A stretch of DNA of 62,977 nt, the filler included, from Choristocarpus tenellus KU-1152 (Eukaryota > Protista > Phaeophyceae): the NCBI GenBank assembly GCA_964200185.2. It is 11 parts of 11 records of this genome, joined end to end, with 100 filler letters (N's around TTAATTAATTAA, not from the genome) between each part and the next. Parts side by side here need not be neighbours in the genome. Positions count along the whole stretch, not along the records: positions 20,092 to 33,520 come from CAXNAD020001497.1; positions 33,621 to 45,491 come from CAXNAD020002089.1; 9 more parts are not named here. One strand, written 5' to 3'. The translations under genes and the position numbers were made by a program. Below, one piece after another: positions 21,683 through 34,455 of this stretch. Position 1 is the first letter of the stretch, and every line of letters begins with the position of its first letter. The notes under the pieces are model-generated. The model was not told the DNA's origin. It saw nothing but the letters and a program-made list of their open reading frames with translations, and made no database searches.

Positions 21683-24253
21683 GGCAGAGCTTCTCATTTT
21701 CAACAGAAGGCGAAAGCTTCAGACTGGCTGATCGACTGTGGCGAAACTTCACCTCAGAGGGAGGTGTTGATGTCGGATATGAGACATTTACAGAATAGGT
21801 CGACGAAGAAGCTGGACCATCGTAGTATCAAGGTCAGCGAAGGGACTATGGTGGTCGGTGCTGGGGTTGTGATGGACAACACAATGATCTCAGATGGGTG
21901 TACCAAGGTAAGAGAAACATCGGATATTGATCAATTGGAAAGGCGTAAGCGGCACGCCCAAGGAATTGGCATACACTAGGGGATAGCCAAGCACACACCT
22001 GTCAACCGATCTTACCATTCTAAAGACGATGCATGGTGACACCTTACGAGGACGTGTGCTGTATCCTGGAGTGACAGCTCCCCCATGCTCGAACGACGCG
22101 GTTATGCACATCGCCTGATCCCATCCCTGCTGCAGGTATCCCATCCCTGCAGGTGTGCTCAGGCTCTACCCCCATCACATAACATCATCCGTGCCCCATT
22201 ATGCCGATTGCTCTGGAGAGGTCTCCACTGGAGTTAATCCCAGCCTATCAGACCTCATCATGATGCCACTCTAACAGCATTGCTCTTTTTTCACATCACA
22301 CTGCACCTATCCTCACCCTACCCTACCTCAACGAACTAAGCATACCCTATCGAACCATGATCTTGATCACATTCGGCAAACAACACGATGAACCCGTACC
22401 TTCTATCATAATGTTGTTCAACCCCACGTAATTTCTCCCCACCTGGATGCCACTTAACCACCACCCTTCTCCGTGCCCTACCCTCCCTGAACGTCACCAA
22501 GAAGCCCTTCAATCCAGTGTCACCTGTCCCGTACATCTTTCCCATGGCCTTGTAAACCCCGCTTGTCTTTCCCTCTTCCCAATGTTGCTTGTGCTAACCA
22601 CAGTTGGTGGTCAACGGGATGATGAAGAATGCTTCTGTGCGCGCGGAGAGAGTTATCGTTCATGGCTGCTTTCATGGCGCCCTTACGGCTACCTCTATCG
22701 AGGTACTTGGGTTATATACAGTAGTTGTAATCCAAAATAATCATCAACGAGAAGAATACTAACAAATGCCTCGACATTTTGGAATTTCCCTTGCTCTTTC
22801 CTTCCCCTGGTACCAACTCTACCAACAACAATGGCTGTTCTCTTAAAGAAGAGAAGTGATGAAATTGCTTCTATGTCTCCACCTCTCTGCCCTCACCAAA
22901 TTGACTGCGACTGTTTCTCATAGTTTTCACTCTTAACTCTAACCTTCAAGGTGTCGGAGGGGGGTGCATTTAAGGGACGGGCGATTGTCAATCTGGCAAT
23001 GGTGAATGGTGGCACTAATGGAGTGCTGGTTGCACAGAAGAGGTTGATAGTGGGTAGGACTGGGAGTTGCAGGGGGATAATCTGCTATGGAGGGCTCAAC
23101 GTTGAGGTAAAACCAAACCCCCTCCCTCGCCACTCTCCCTCTTTTGGAAATCAAAGTAATTTCTCATAGTTTGATAAAACAGTACTTTGGCCGTGCTGGG
23201 ATTAGGGTTGAGGTTGGGGTTATGTTAAGGATTAGGGATACTGTGCGAATAATCTCAACACTGGGATAGTGTTGATTGTAATGCAAAGTATTTTGTTTAT
23301 GTTGCATCTATATTTGCCTCTTTCCCCTCCGGTGTGCATCCTCAAAAACGAAACTTGCTTGGACAAATAAGATATATCGAGTATGTAGAAGCATTGAAGT
23401 ATCTCCTCCACAGTTGCTTAGACCTAGGCAAGGTCTGTGGCCAAATAAGATGGGCTACAAGTGGTAAAAATTATACAACTTAGCAATCAGATCAAAAAGG
23501 GTTAACTGTCAATTAGTGCACAGAAAGGTGGAAGCTTGGTCAGGCGCTGGAGGCTTTGCCAAGGCAGTTTGGACATGATACTTCAAATGAATTGTTTGAT
23601 CTAGTGTGTGTAGGAAGAGGAGAGGTATTGATATCAGAAGAAAACCTCTCCCCCCCCCCATCCCTCAGTTTACTATTGAGTAGATCATCTTTGGATATAA
23701 GAGCACTAACTGAGGTACAAGTGTACTGTACTTGCTTGCTATATGAGCTGTATGAAAGCAGTAGTATCCCTCTATCTTAGACAGTTCCTTCTCCTCCTTC
23801 CCATGGAATTCGGCCTTCTCCAGGTCCTCTTCCCTCTGTAGCTTCTGTTGTTGTTTTACGAGGGTAACTTGTCCATGGTTCTGGTGATTTAAAATATTAA
23901 TATATACTACATGGTAGTGAGTGCTCCTATGTAATAGCTAGTGGGGGCTCCATGAACAAAGAAAGAAAGTGACTAGAGAGTGCCCCTTCCCCCTAATCCC
24001 ACAAACAAAAAGTCAACGTCTTGTCTACCATACATGAAGCACAACTCCGCTATTTGTGATGCTGTGTTGTTGTGAACAGCATGGGGGTAGATTGTTGGGT
24101 AATGTTGAAGTCTTTACAGAGGAGGAAGACCTTTCTGGCTCTGCCGTACCCCCCCTTGAGGACGGAGAGTGGTTGGAGCAAGAGAAGGCTTTGCTTACTG
24201 TGGGACAGGTGACTGAGACCCCACCAAGAAGCCCAATGAGATCAAAATCTCAG
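21683..24253 (+). CDS. Spliced eukaryotic bactofilin (polymer-forming cytoskeletal protein, DUF583 family)
   Basis: Phase-0 exons ~21683-21907, 22604-22702, 22951-23106, 24080-24253 join to TMVVGAGVVMDNTMISDGCTK|LVVNGMMKNASVRAERVIVHGCFHGALTATSIE|VSEGGAFKGRAIVNLAMVNGGTNGVLVAQKRLIVGRTGSCRGIICYGGLNVE|HGGRLLGNVEVF, the bactofilin beta-helix pattern; all introns GT-AG; 5' end uncertain. Confidence 0.85.
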
Positions 24254-24273
24254 GTGAGACATTAGATGGTTAT

Positions 24274-24533
24274 GAGTGAAAGTATATTAGAAGGTACGAG
24301 TTTTGCCCTGTTTGTCCATTTCAGACTTGGCTTTCCATAGGGTTTTTAATGAAATGTTTCAACTCCAAAATGTTTCGGAGTTGGTAAAAATGTACACGGT
24401 ATAAAGAGGTGTGTCTGGAACAAGGATATTGACACTTCCTAACAAACATGATAGCCAAAATTACATCGAAATTGTAACGTTGGATTTTGACCCCCAAATG
24501 GACACGGCCCAATCCTCTAAGATACTTTGGCTC
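24274..24533 (-). mobile_element. MITE A copy (intronic, ~20 nt after a splice donor)
   Basis: Both TIRs present. Confidence 0.9.
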
Positions 24534-26312
24534 AATATATATACTGTAGCGGTATGAGTGGTAGGCTAGGATGTTTTGAGAACAGGTTCTCCAACTGAGG
24601 TTGATATACTATAGGGTTGATGTAGCACTTGCAAGCTCAGGAAGTTGGAGAATTTATTTCTTATGTGCGCTCGAGAAGTTGTCCTGGCCATGGCAGAGAT
24701 TAAACAAGTGGTATTTGTCTTGCAGCATTAGTATACAAAACCTCACCAAAAAAATTAACCCATGCCCTTTTGGATCTATGTGTTTATTCATGGAATGTTG
24801 AGGATTCCCTGCCTGACTGTGTTGTCGAGCACAGAATGATACTTGTTCTAGGTTGTGACTTGGTGTGGTTGTACAGTACTCCAAACCATCTGTAACTCTG
24901 ACATGTGTGATGTACATGCCATAGATACTCTGAAGAAAAAAAAATGTGTTGCTCAATGCAGTACATCCTAGTGATGTCAAGATTGAGTAATAAAAATAAT
25001 AGAGGGGAAGGTTCATTCTATTGACTCACTGTGACAGACAGGCGATTGTATGGGTCAAAACATACACACATATATATTTATGCGTATGTTCCCTGTGCAG
25101 TCAATCTTCTTAGTAATCTTGGCGCATGTCTTCTGTGATTGTATACATTGAGGTGCATATGCAATCTTCGCCTATCGAGCAAAAACCTCCTTCAATTTCT
25201 CTTCCGGAGTAAGAAAAGAACGTAACTCTTGTGTGTATCATCAGCCTAGCTCATGTTCAACTCGTTTTTATTTTTTCTCAATTTCTTTGTTTTGCCTACA
25301 CTACATGGTACAGAGAGTTAGTGGTATTACAGGGTACAGTAGTGTTAGTAGTACTACAGGGTGCAGCATTTAGTAGTAATAGTAGACTTTGACTCAGTCA
25401 CAGCTCAGATAATTAGGAGCATTTTGTATCACAGCCGAGAGAGATCCTGGTGCATATTTGCCTTGATCTAACGACATACAGAAATTTGTTGTGGGGAACA
25501 GTTACAGTCAGCAGACTACACAATGTGTGTGAACTTTCCTTGAAGATGGGTGTTTGAGGGACCACTGAATAGATCATCACACTTGCCGCAATAAAAGAGC
25601 AGTAGCTGTATTATAACTTTATGCCTACCTTTCTAATATATTCAGTCCTTAATCCACAGAGGGCAAAAACATACATATTTACCACCCAGTCCAAAAATGT
25701 AGTTACAGACCTCCAATATCTCAACAAACACCTACAGTGATGTAGAGTGGAGGCAGTGGCCAAGTAAGGCTATGATATTTGTAAAGGGGGAGCTAGCTAC
25801 AGTTTGCTGGACCTGGCCACATTTCTGTCTGCTGGTCCACACACTTGTTCCTCTGCTCAAGGATATCGATTTTCTGTCAAGAGCACTTTCCCTGCCGGAC
25901 ATTGTTATGGGCGATTTGACTTCCTCTCATTTTGTCAATATGACTGCAGTAAGAAGGGGAGCAAGGGGGTGGGATTTCCTGTACCTGATACATATTTCTC
26001 ATAGAAGGTAGTGCAGAGGAGTTGATCAATTGAATGTTGTGCTTAAAACCTCTGTAATTTATTACAAAAGAAAAAATATCATTCCAACAGGTGATCTATT
26101 TCCGTATACCCATATGTGTGTATTATATCTTACTTAGGTTGATTGCACGCACACACTTGTTATATTGACATACAACAGAACATATTCTTCAGAGTATATT
26201 GCAGCCTTGATAGTGGTTGGAGGTTTGTGTTGAGGAGATTGGACCTGTATGAGATGCCAACACTACCCCTATCCTCGACAGTTTTTGTGCACTAAACAGA
26301 TGTTTTTTCCAG

Positions 26313-27764
26313 GTGCTCTGACCCCCCTTTCTCCCTTCATCTTCGTTGACCACCTTCAGCTCACCATGGACAGTATTGAGCTTAGTGAGAGGAAAAGGGG
26401 CAACTCTATGACTGAGAGTGATGTGAGTATAAGAACATAGCTTTCCCCCCTGCTTGCCTTGCCTGTCAATCGATTCGCACATAAGACGCTCAAATTCGAT
26501 TTAACTGCCATAGATTGGTCACCACACAGTTCAAAGGTGATTCATACCATTGTCTAGTTCGAGAATTGATGTGCCATGCTTATGACTGCAAGTCATTATT
26601 GCATGGTTCAACTCAGTGTGCTGTTTGGCACATATCATATACATGCCATAGTAGATGGGGTAGGATATCTTCTACTTTAATGATTTGAGCATATGTTAAA
26701 CTCTATATGAAGCGTCATGCAATTCAGCTCTTCCTTATCTTGAATGTGACACAAATCCCCTGCAAATCATTATGAGAAGCATTCCTTTAGAATACCTCAA
26801 TTCTGTGTTATGGTGTAAGGAAAATCCCGGCAAAGGTTACATCCTGGATGCAGTAAAGGACAAATGGTATGCAACCGAGGCAGTTTCACATTTCTCAACG
26901 TATGAATTCCAAAACATCTATACATCTGGATTGACTGTGATGTGACATGTGCCTATTTATGAACTATTTTACACGTGGTGGTTGGCCTAGAAGTTGCACA
27001 CCAATCAAAAATTGCACAACATACACAAACAGTACTACAGTTTTTGGTGGTAAAAAATGTCTAACCACATGCAATGCATGGTTTGCAGAGGTCGCAATAT
27101 TCGGAATTTGTTTGATTTCTGTGTATTCCTGACCTACTGGTGTTGTGGTTGATTGTTGAGTTATTCATTTGTATTCAGAACTAGTATCCTCTCAATGCGC
27201 AAGCAAGGCTCACATTTATACTTATATTTTAAGTTATCATCTTGTGTCTACGCTACAGAGTAGCCAGTATCGGCTCTGATTCTCTGTTTATCTACTGTCA
27301 CTTCTACCTCAGAATTTGAGTGATGAATCCATTGATATGATGGATTTTCTCAGAGAAGCTGGGACTCGGAAGTTGAAGGAGGAAGCTGCTCTGAAGAAGT
27401 TCGCACCAAAATATAAGGTATAAGGGGTTCAGTATTTGGGCAGGGGCATTGGCCGTGCGTATGGAATTTTTGATCACTACAATTGTGATCCAAACTGGTT
27501 GAAACTGACAACTGGTTTGAATCTATCCGGCCTAACCCAAAACCTGATCTGATGGCAAGATCAGTCGGTAACTCCAAACCAATCAAAAAATGTATTTTCG
27601 GCCTTTTGGGGGGAGGTGGTCACATGATTACGCTTTCCTAATTATCCTGGGATTCCTCAAGACTCACAATATTTAGAGATTAAGCACGACCCTTTCCACA
27701 GTTGCAGTCCCACGATAAGGAAGCAAGTTTCTGGCAATGGAGGGTGCATGCCTTGAGGCCCTAG
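26313..27764 (+). CDS. Putative 3' exons (possibly the bactofilin C-terminal tail)
   Basis: Exons 26313-26422, 27313-27417, 27702-27764 (stop) chain in phase: ...MTESD|NLSDESIDMMDFLREAGTRKLKEEAALKKFAPKYK|LQSHDKEASFWQWRVHALRP*. Confidence 0.45.
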
Positions 27765-28049
27765 ATACTCAGTGCTGATCGATGTTGAACCGATGTGTGT
27801 TTATACATTATTTTGTACTCCAAAGTACTAAGGAGCTTTTATTGTGTCATCCAGTGGTTCATGTGTGTATGGTATTTTTGGTTCTAGAGGGTTTTGTGAT
27901 ATGTTTTGTTGCTTGGGGATTGTAAAACTATTGTGAGTTGTGTGTCATCATTGATGTATTGGAGGTTCGAATTTTATTTGTTGAGTTGTGACTTGTGCAG
28001 CAACAGTGGTAGTGATCAAGCCGAAAATGGGGAGTTCCACCATGCATGT

Positions 28050-28700
28050 ATGTAAGGTAACTCCCTTACCCTTGAATGCTGGCTGACACAACGCTCAACA
28101 TACAATAGCACAGTCACACGAACAGACGCATTTACTGTATTGTACACCTTGTGGATAATGAACAATGAATAGTCTTGAGTTCCCTTGACGTAATGCACAT
28201 GCCCTCGAGGCAAAAACCAAGCTTTTCTTCAGCTAGTGATTCATCTACACAGTCGTAGCTTTTCTTCCCTTTTGTGCGCATGTACCTCTCCAGTAACATG
28301 AATTGTAGTCCATGATTTGAGCACAGTTGCCCTGGTAAGCAACGAAGCACGCATGAACCGATCTAGCTGATCCGAGAAGGTTAGGTCATGACGGGCATGA
28401 CAAATGTGTCTTGAAGGAGATCAACCGAGAGGCAAGGGTCAGTATGGTGGGGTGGGATAGGAGTATACCAGTGTCAGGTATACTAGTACGAAATGGTGGA
28501 TATCTGAAACTATTGTCAAACCGTCCCTCACTCGCTTTATCCCGAAGTAGAGTATTCCTTACCACCTATATTCCTTTTTTCTCCGTGGCGTCTTCAAGAA
28601 AACTTGCCAAGGTGGACTTGTTTTTTTACACTAAACCAGATTTCCAATAAAATATATAACGTCGATGGGGTTTGAACCCGACGAAATTCATGAAGGGAAT
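28050..28700 (+). mobile_element. Possible PIF/Harbinger-like transposase relic
   Basis: ILVRNGGYLKLL and FFSVASSRKLAKVDLFF resemble DDE_Tnp_4 motifs (YLLxDGGY; SxRxxVExxFG); very decayed. Confidence 0.3.
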
Positions 28701-29799
28701 ACCAAAATGTTTGATTCCAGAAAAAAGGTATGTTGTGGAACGTGCCGTTCCGTGACGGAGGGTGCGACAACAACCACTATTGCTAGGCAGTTAGCTACAT
28801 GGATTTCGTTTGCGAGTGCCTATAATCGTGTGTCTTAAAAATGCAAGGCAATAATTTCAGTGTTGAACTCCCAACCTAAAAAGCCACCCCACCACGATTT
28901 GTAGATCATGGTATTTTTCACTCTACAAAGCTAATCTAGTTCATATTTGTTAGCAAGGTTCTCATGATAAACAGTCTGACTTCGAATTTGGTTTGAACCA
29001 ATAAAAGTCAGCCAGGAAGACCGAGTGGTTCAATATCGGAAAGGTTGAAAGATTTCCCAGCGCGCCTTCATGCAACCGAGGGCATGACAACACCCCAACA
29101 GGCAACAAGCAGGCAGGTAGTCCCATGCACATCCATTTTGTGTGGGGAAATCCCCAGAATTGTGTATCTGAAAAGCTTGTGAAAAACATAAACAAAAATG
29201 CTGCTCCATCTCACCCTAAAAAGACTGTCTACTTACGAGATTTTTAGTTTACAACTATCCATAGGCGTGAGTGAAGGGGCACAAATCACAAATTTGAGTC
29301 AATCTCTTGCAAGGAGATCTCCTTGTCAAGTTATTGGGCGGATGTGTTGTACCCACGCAATAAGCACGTGCTTGATATTGAAACCCAGAGTCGTATATTG
29401 TCTGTTGAATCTTAGTTTTTTGGGGGCGGGGTGGGAAAGATGAGCTTCCGCATAGGCAAGTGAGACCTCAGGGCATCCCTCAGCATCCAGTGGAACAGGA
29501 CCCAGCGCAGCGGCCTCATCCTCACCCTCGATTTATCTTCACCTGAGCATCCCTTGGATGCAGTGACAAAGTTGCAACCTATCGTTTTTAAAGTGGTGTG
29601 GCGGTTTCATCAGCAGTACGGTGTCACTTGAAAGGAAGGAAGCCTTGATGTTTCATGTGGAAATGCATTTATTTGTCGCTCACGACAAATGCGTATTACC
29701 CACACTCCACAGACTGCTGACTTGGAAGTCAGCGGAACGTGAGAAATTTTGGATTTGTTCAGTGGGTCACCTGAAAAACGGTCCCTATTAACGCGCTGT

Positions 29800-30100
29800 G
29801 ATCGTAACTCACTTTGTGTGCAATACAAGTCCTAAACATGGGGTGTCTCAAGTCAAAAGATTTTTTGGAAACCGATACAAAACTGGGCCTGGATTTTATT
29901 CATTCACTCGATTGGACTATTGGCGCAGGGAGGCAGCGTATGTGAAACGAGCACTGGTTGCGGAGTGGTATTTGGCACTGTGAGGAAAAAAGGCTCCAGG
30001 GTGCGACTTACGCTCATTCTGCTTTCTTATTCCATTGACGGAGACATGATCCCATAGTATCTGAGACGGTGTGTTGCTCATTTTTATGTCTTGCTTTTGA
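29800..30100 (+). mobile_element. hAT transposase C-terminal dimerisation-domain relic
   Basis: LDYWRREAAYVKRALVAEWYLAL resembles LxWWxxxxxYPxLxxLARxYLA. Confidence 0.45.
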
Positions 30101-30329
30101 GGAAGGCTGAAGAATATGTGGCGGAGGAGTTGAGTGTGAAGATTGAAGACAGATTCATCATGATTTCGAAGCACCCCTTCTATTGTTATACTCCAGAGAA
30201 GTAGTATATGGTCATAACATCCTTGAGGTATGACACTGGAAGAGAGAAGGTGCGCATGCACACAAGAGAACACAAATAAGCACAACGACTGGTGCAGATC
30301 TTTATTGCTTACAATTTCACATCTGTATA

Positions 30330-31000
30330 ATGTAGAACAAAGAAAAAAAATTGCTGGACCTCCAGTCTACCACCAGCAGCTGAACTCCCACCACCGTGTT
30401 CAAGGCATTTTTTTTTAAAGCCCTTTAGTCTCTTTTTCAACAGGGCTGTGAGCTCTCCACATGGGATCAATGTGTGCGCTGTGATGTACTGTTCTGGCTG
30501 TGTCTAGCATGCCCTGTGATGATTGCTCCACCTTCAAGATGCCAATCACCTCATTGCTACACGACTAATAAACTGCACTACACTCCGCTTTTGGAATGCC
30601 ATGAAGGTGTTTGGTTCTAGTGTCCGAGCAGTTAGCCAGTGCCTGCAGTCTACTTGAACCTCTTGGGCCGTCTCTGTGAACTCTCCGAGAAAAAAAAATG
30701 GTTTTGGTCCAATTGCGGTTTTGGAAAGTTGTCTTACCTGGCTCATACAGCAGTTATTCCTCAACATTGTCAGGAAGTCAAGGAAGGCGTTGCAACTCAT
30801 CCTTCTGTAAAAAGCAAGTCAATACAGAGGTCTCAGATGAAGGAGGTGATGAAGGATGTGGCTATGTATTCTTGTCCTCAAGGGATTTCTGGACCTCCTC
30901 TGTGGGCACCAGAAGCCTTGTCATCAAAGGCAGCACCTGTACATTGTGAAACAGGAAATCAGGGATAGGAGTAAAGGAAGATTGCCTAAGTTTTGTTGTA
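30330..31000 (-). mobile_element. LINE reverse-transcriptase relic
   Basis: CNAFLDFLTML...KTAIGPK resembles the RT domain-3 motif xFLDFxKAFD...GIG; decayed. Confidence 0.35.
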
Positions 31001-31415
31001 TGTAAAGGGAACGGATGCTGTCATCAACAGGCACTACACAAATAAAATTTTCTACCAAATAAGATATTACTGTCAAAGTTTTGGCAGTTGACTCCCCCCT
31101 GTTAAGTAGGTAACACGCACATCTATTCCGTACGCACCTAATAAGCATGGCAATCGGATAATGTTTTGGTGGCTCAAATCATCGGAGTTAGCAGTACAGA
31201 ACATCTTGAGAGAGAAAACACTTGATTTACTTGGAGTGTACTTCAAGTACTCTGAGTGTTACTATATTACCTTTTGATATTTTCCCTTACAGTACAGGCT
31301 CAGAGTTGAGAGTCTCTGTCATTGTTGCCATCTTCCACCATCATTTCTACCTCATTTGCTCAGGTGTTTCTGGATGATGCCCAGATCCTTTCATGAGAGT
31401 TCCACTCCCAGCTTT

Positions 31416-31673
31416 GAGTGGAAGTATCTTAGAGGGTACGAGTTTTGCCCTGTTTGTCTGCTTGGGGCTTGGCTTCCAACGGGTTTTTATATTTCATTTT
31501 CCTACTCCGAAATGCTTCAGAGTAGGTAAAATTTATACATTATGACAAGGTGTGTCGGGAACAAGGATATTGACACTTCCTAAGAACACGATAGCCAAAA
31601 TTATATCAAAATCGCAACATTGGACTTTGACCCCCAAACGGACACGGCTCTACCCTCTAAGATACTTAGACCC
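31416..31673 (-). mobile_element. MITE A copy
   Basis: TIRs, 3-bp TSD TTT. Confidence 0.9.
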
Positions 31674-31699
31674 TTTGCCTATACTCAAGTCAACAAGTC

Positions 31700-33250
31700 C
31701 CGACAAGTGACTGCATTTCCTAAGGAGTGCTGTGTATAGATGAAGAGAGTTTCATCATGTCAAGCTGTGGTTAAATGAACTTGCACCTCCTATCGGAGTC
31801 CACTCGAACACTCCCTTTCCCAACCCCCAAGGACCTCAAAATTTGCCCTTCCTCCTCCCAAGTTTTCACAGTATAGAGAACCTTGTCTTCTTTTCCCACT
31901 CCCACTGTTTGGCGGACGCCCTCCATCACCTCACTTTGGCTCATACAGTTATTGATGATAAACCTGTAGCACATTATCAGCAGAATGCGTTTCTGCCCCT
32001 CCAAAAGCACCTCTCTCTTGACCAGCTTGACTTTCTCCACTGAATTTTTGACTTCAGTTTCCGTATCCTTTTGAGCATTACTTATGATGACATCTACCAT
32101 CCGTTTCTTCATTGCTGCAGTCAGGCACTTTGATTAGCGTCCTCACGTCTAGAGGTGCCTCTGAGGCTAGCCCTTCCGACTTCTAGTTTTCTCTTCCATT
32201 AGTCTGAGTCTCCTTGCTTGGGGCTTCAAAGACACCTACAAAGATCTCTGCGTCTATTCCGGTTTTTCCCTGACAACCAAGTATGGTTGTCCCTAGAGTC
32301 TTCCTGACCTCTGAAAATAGGATGGCTCTCAGGACTTGCTGGAAGGTCCCTCAGGTTTTTATTGGACGTCAACAGTTGTATATTAGCAGGTAGGGGTCAA
32401 GTAGTGCACTTATTGTAAGTTGAAGCTCCGAGCTTTCGCAATTGCTTGATTGGAACTGAATACCATGCGCAAAATGAGACAACCACACTTACAGGTGATC
32501 AAATGGCCCAGATTCCGAAAATATTGCCATTTCAAAAGTACATAGATAGCGAGAATTTTTCTAATTTCGTGCAACCGTAATATTTGACATTTCAATATCC
32601 ACAACTTACATCCGTAGAAAAAAAACAGTAACTTGGCAGGCTTGAGGTACATCAACTGTTCCACCATGGTGCATTTAAACCCCCAGAGTACAATCACACT
32701 CTGCATAATCCATTGTGATTCCACACTCTTCATCTCACAGTATTCCTGTAGGCGAACCTTTTGTGGATGGACTTGGAATACAAAGTTACTTATACCCTGG
32801 CTGCAGTCGTGATCGACCATACTTCTGTCTCGTTTGAAGGTGACACCCTCTACATTCTCAAATGGTGGCAGATGTAGGCGTGGCGTGCGATTCTGTGGCT
32901 GTCTTCTAGTAGGTGACTCATCTTTGTCATTGATGACTCACAGTCAGTAACACATGTCTGCACCAGTCCAATGAGCCCCCATCTCCCCACCATCTTTACC
33001 AAGTTGTTGGACAGGTCTTCTCCGAACATGGTGTCTAAATGCTTTATGCAGTCTAGAGAAAGGGCAGTGAGTATGAAAGTGTTATCAGTCCAGGACACAG
33101 TGTATGAGTCGAAGATGTCACCTGGGGGACCATTCCCAATCATCTGTTGTCGTAGACACACCTACATCATGAAGCATCCCCTCAACTTCGGACTGGAGAT
33201 ATATCATTCTTGCCCATAATTCTTGACCACCCTCAGCAAGTCAAGGAGCC
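31700..33250 (-). mobile_element. hAT-superfamily transposase relic
   Basis: YTVSWTDNTFILTALSL...RWGLIGLVQTCVTDCESSMTKM...AYICHHL (hAT core VTDNxSNM...CxAH) and downstream WEKKTRFSIL*KLGR...KGVFE (dimerisation domain); multiple stops. Confidence 0.7.
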
Positions 33251-33428
33251 AACCACGATGAGGTGTTAGAGCCCTACTATTCAGGCGTGGATCATATTCT
33301 TGAAATGAAATGATTACTTTCCACCACCTACATGATGAGGATGGTAGATGTGAGGGGTTGTGGTGTAAACTATGATAGTTCCACAGGACATTTTATGACA
33401 AATAATAGTATCTGTTGGGGGGGAAGCA

Positions 33429-33520
33429 GAGACAAAGTATCTGGATGGGGGGGGGGGGATCTACACCAGGGTGTCATTCAAAAATCGTGGCATTGAAATA
33501 TTGGCCCCAAATGGACAGCC
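33429..33520 (+). mobile_element. MITE C fragment at contig end
   Basis: GAGACAAAGTATCTGG-polyG...CCCCAAATGGAC; other contig-end fragments at ~52-86, 10075-10105, 49979-50000, 59886-59918. Confidence 0.7.
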
Positions 33521-34455
33521 NNNNNNNNNNNNNNNNNNNNNNNNNNNNNNNNNNNNNNNNNNNNTTAATTAATTAANNNNNNNNNNNNNNNNNNNNNNNN
33601 NNNNNNNNNNNNNNNNNNNNGGGGAGGGATGTTGAAGGAAAAGATTTACCTAGGAGCTCAACGTGATCCCTCTCAACATCCTCACATCGGGAGTTTACCC
33701 TCTTCATCTCCTCCTATCAAAAAGGGTTAGGGTAAACAACAACAGATATGCAGAATTAATGCAACAAAGAACAGCAGCATCAAAAAATACAATTAGATGT
33801 TGCAGATTCAGCAAATGTGACAACGTAAGCTATAACACCAACAGACACATCAAAATGGAGCATTCCAAAACTTGCATACATTGGCCAGAACCTGTCCAAC
33901 TGGAGACACCAGAACAATTACCGGATTTTCCAGTTGGAGCAAGATTTTGCCCTCTCTTCCCCTAACCCCTCTTCTTTTACCCCCACATGCCCTGCTCTCA
34001 AGGTGAGGGGTGACTAAACAACCTTCTGGAAGTCAGCACACCACATGATGGATGAGAAGGTATCACCAAAGACTTTTTATTTCATTTTTTTTCCAAGCCA
34101 GAAATTTTGAACCATCTGTTGGCAGCATTGCATCACTCTCTTGACAATCAGTCAACAATACGTACCTCACCTCTCTTGTTATCCCTTCCAAGACTTTCTT
34201 TTCCATGCCCCTAACCCTAACCCTAACCCCCACCCTCCAACCCCCCCCCGGTGACTCCCATGCACTTGTTACATCACATCATTGTACATAAAACCAAATC
34301 AGGTAAGAATCAGACACATCAGTCAGTCACTTGAACCTCTTCAGCAACCCTCTTCCCCCTGTCCCCATACACCCACACACACCCTCTTTCTCCGTCTCTC
34401 TTGCTCTGTGTATCAACCCTCTCTACCCCTGTCCCATCCTATCCACTCCACATGC

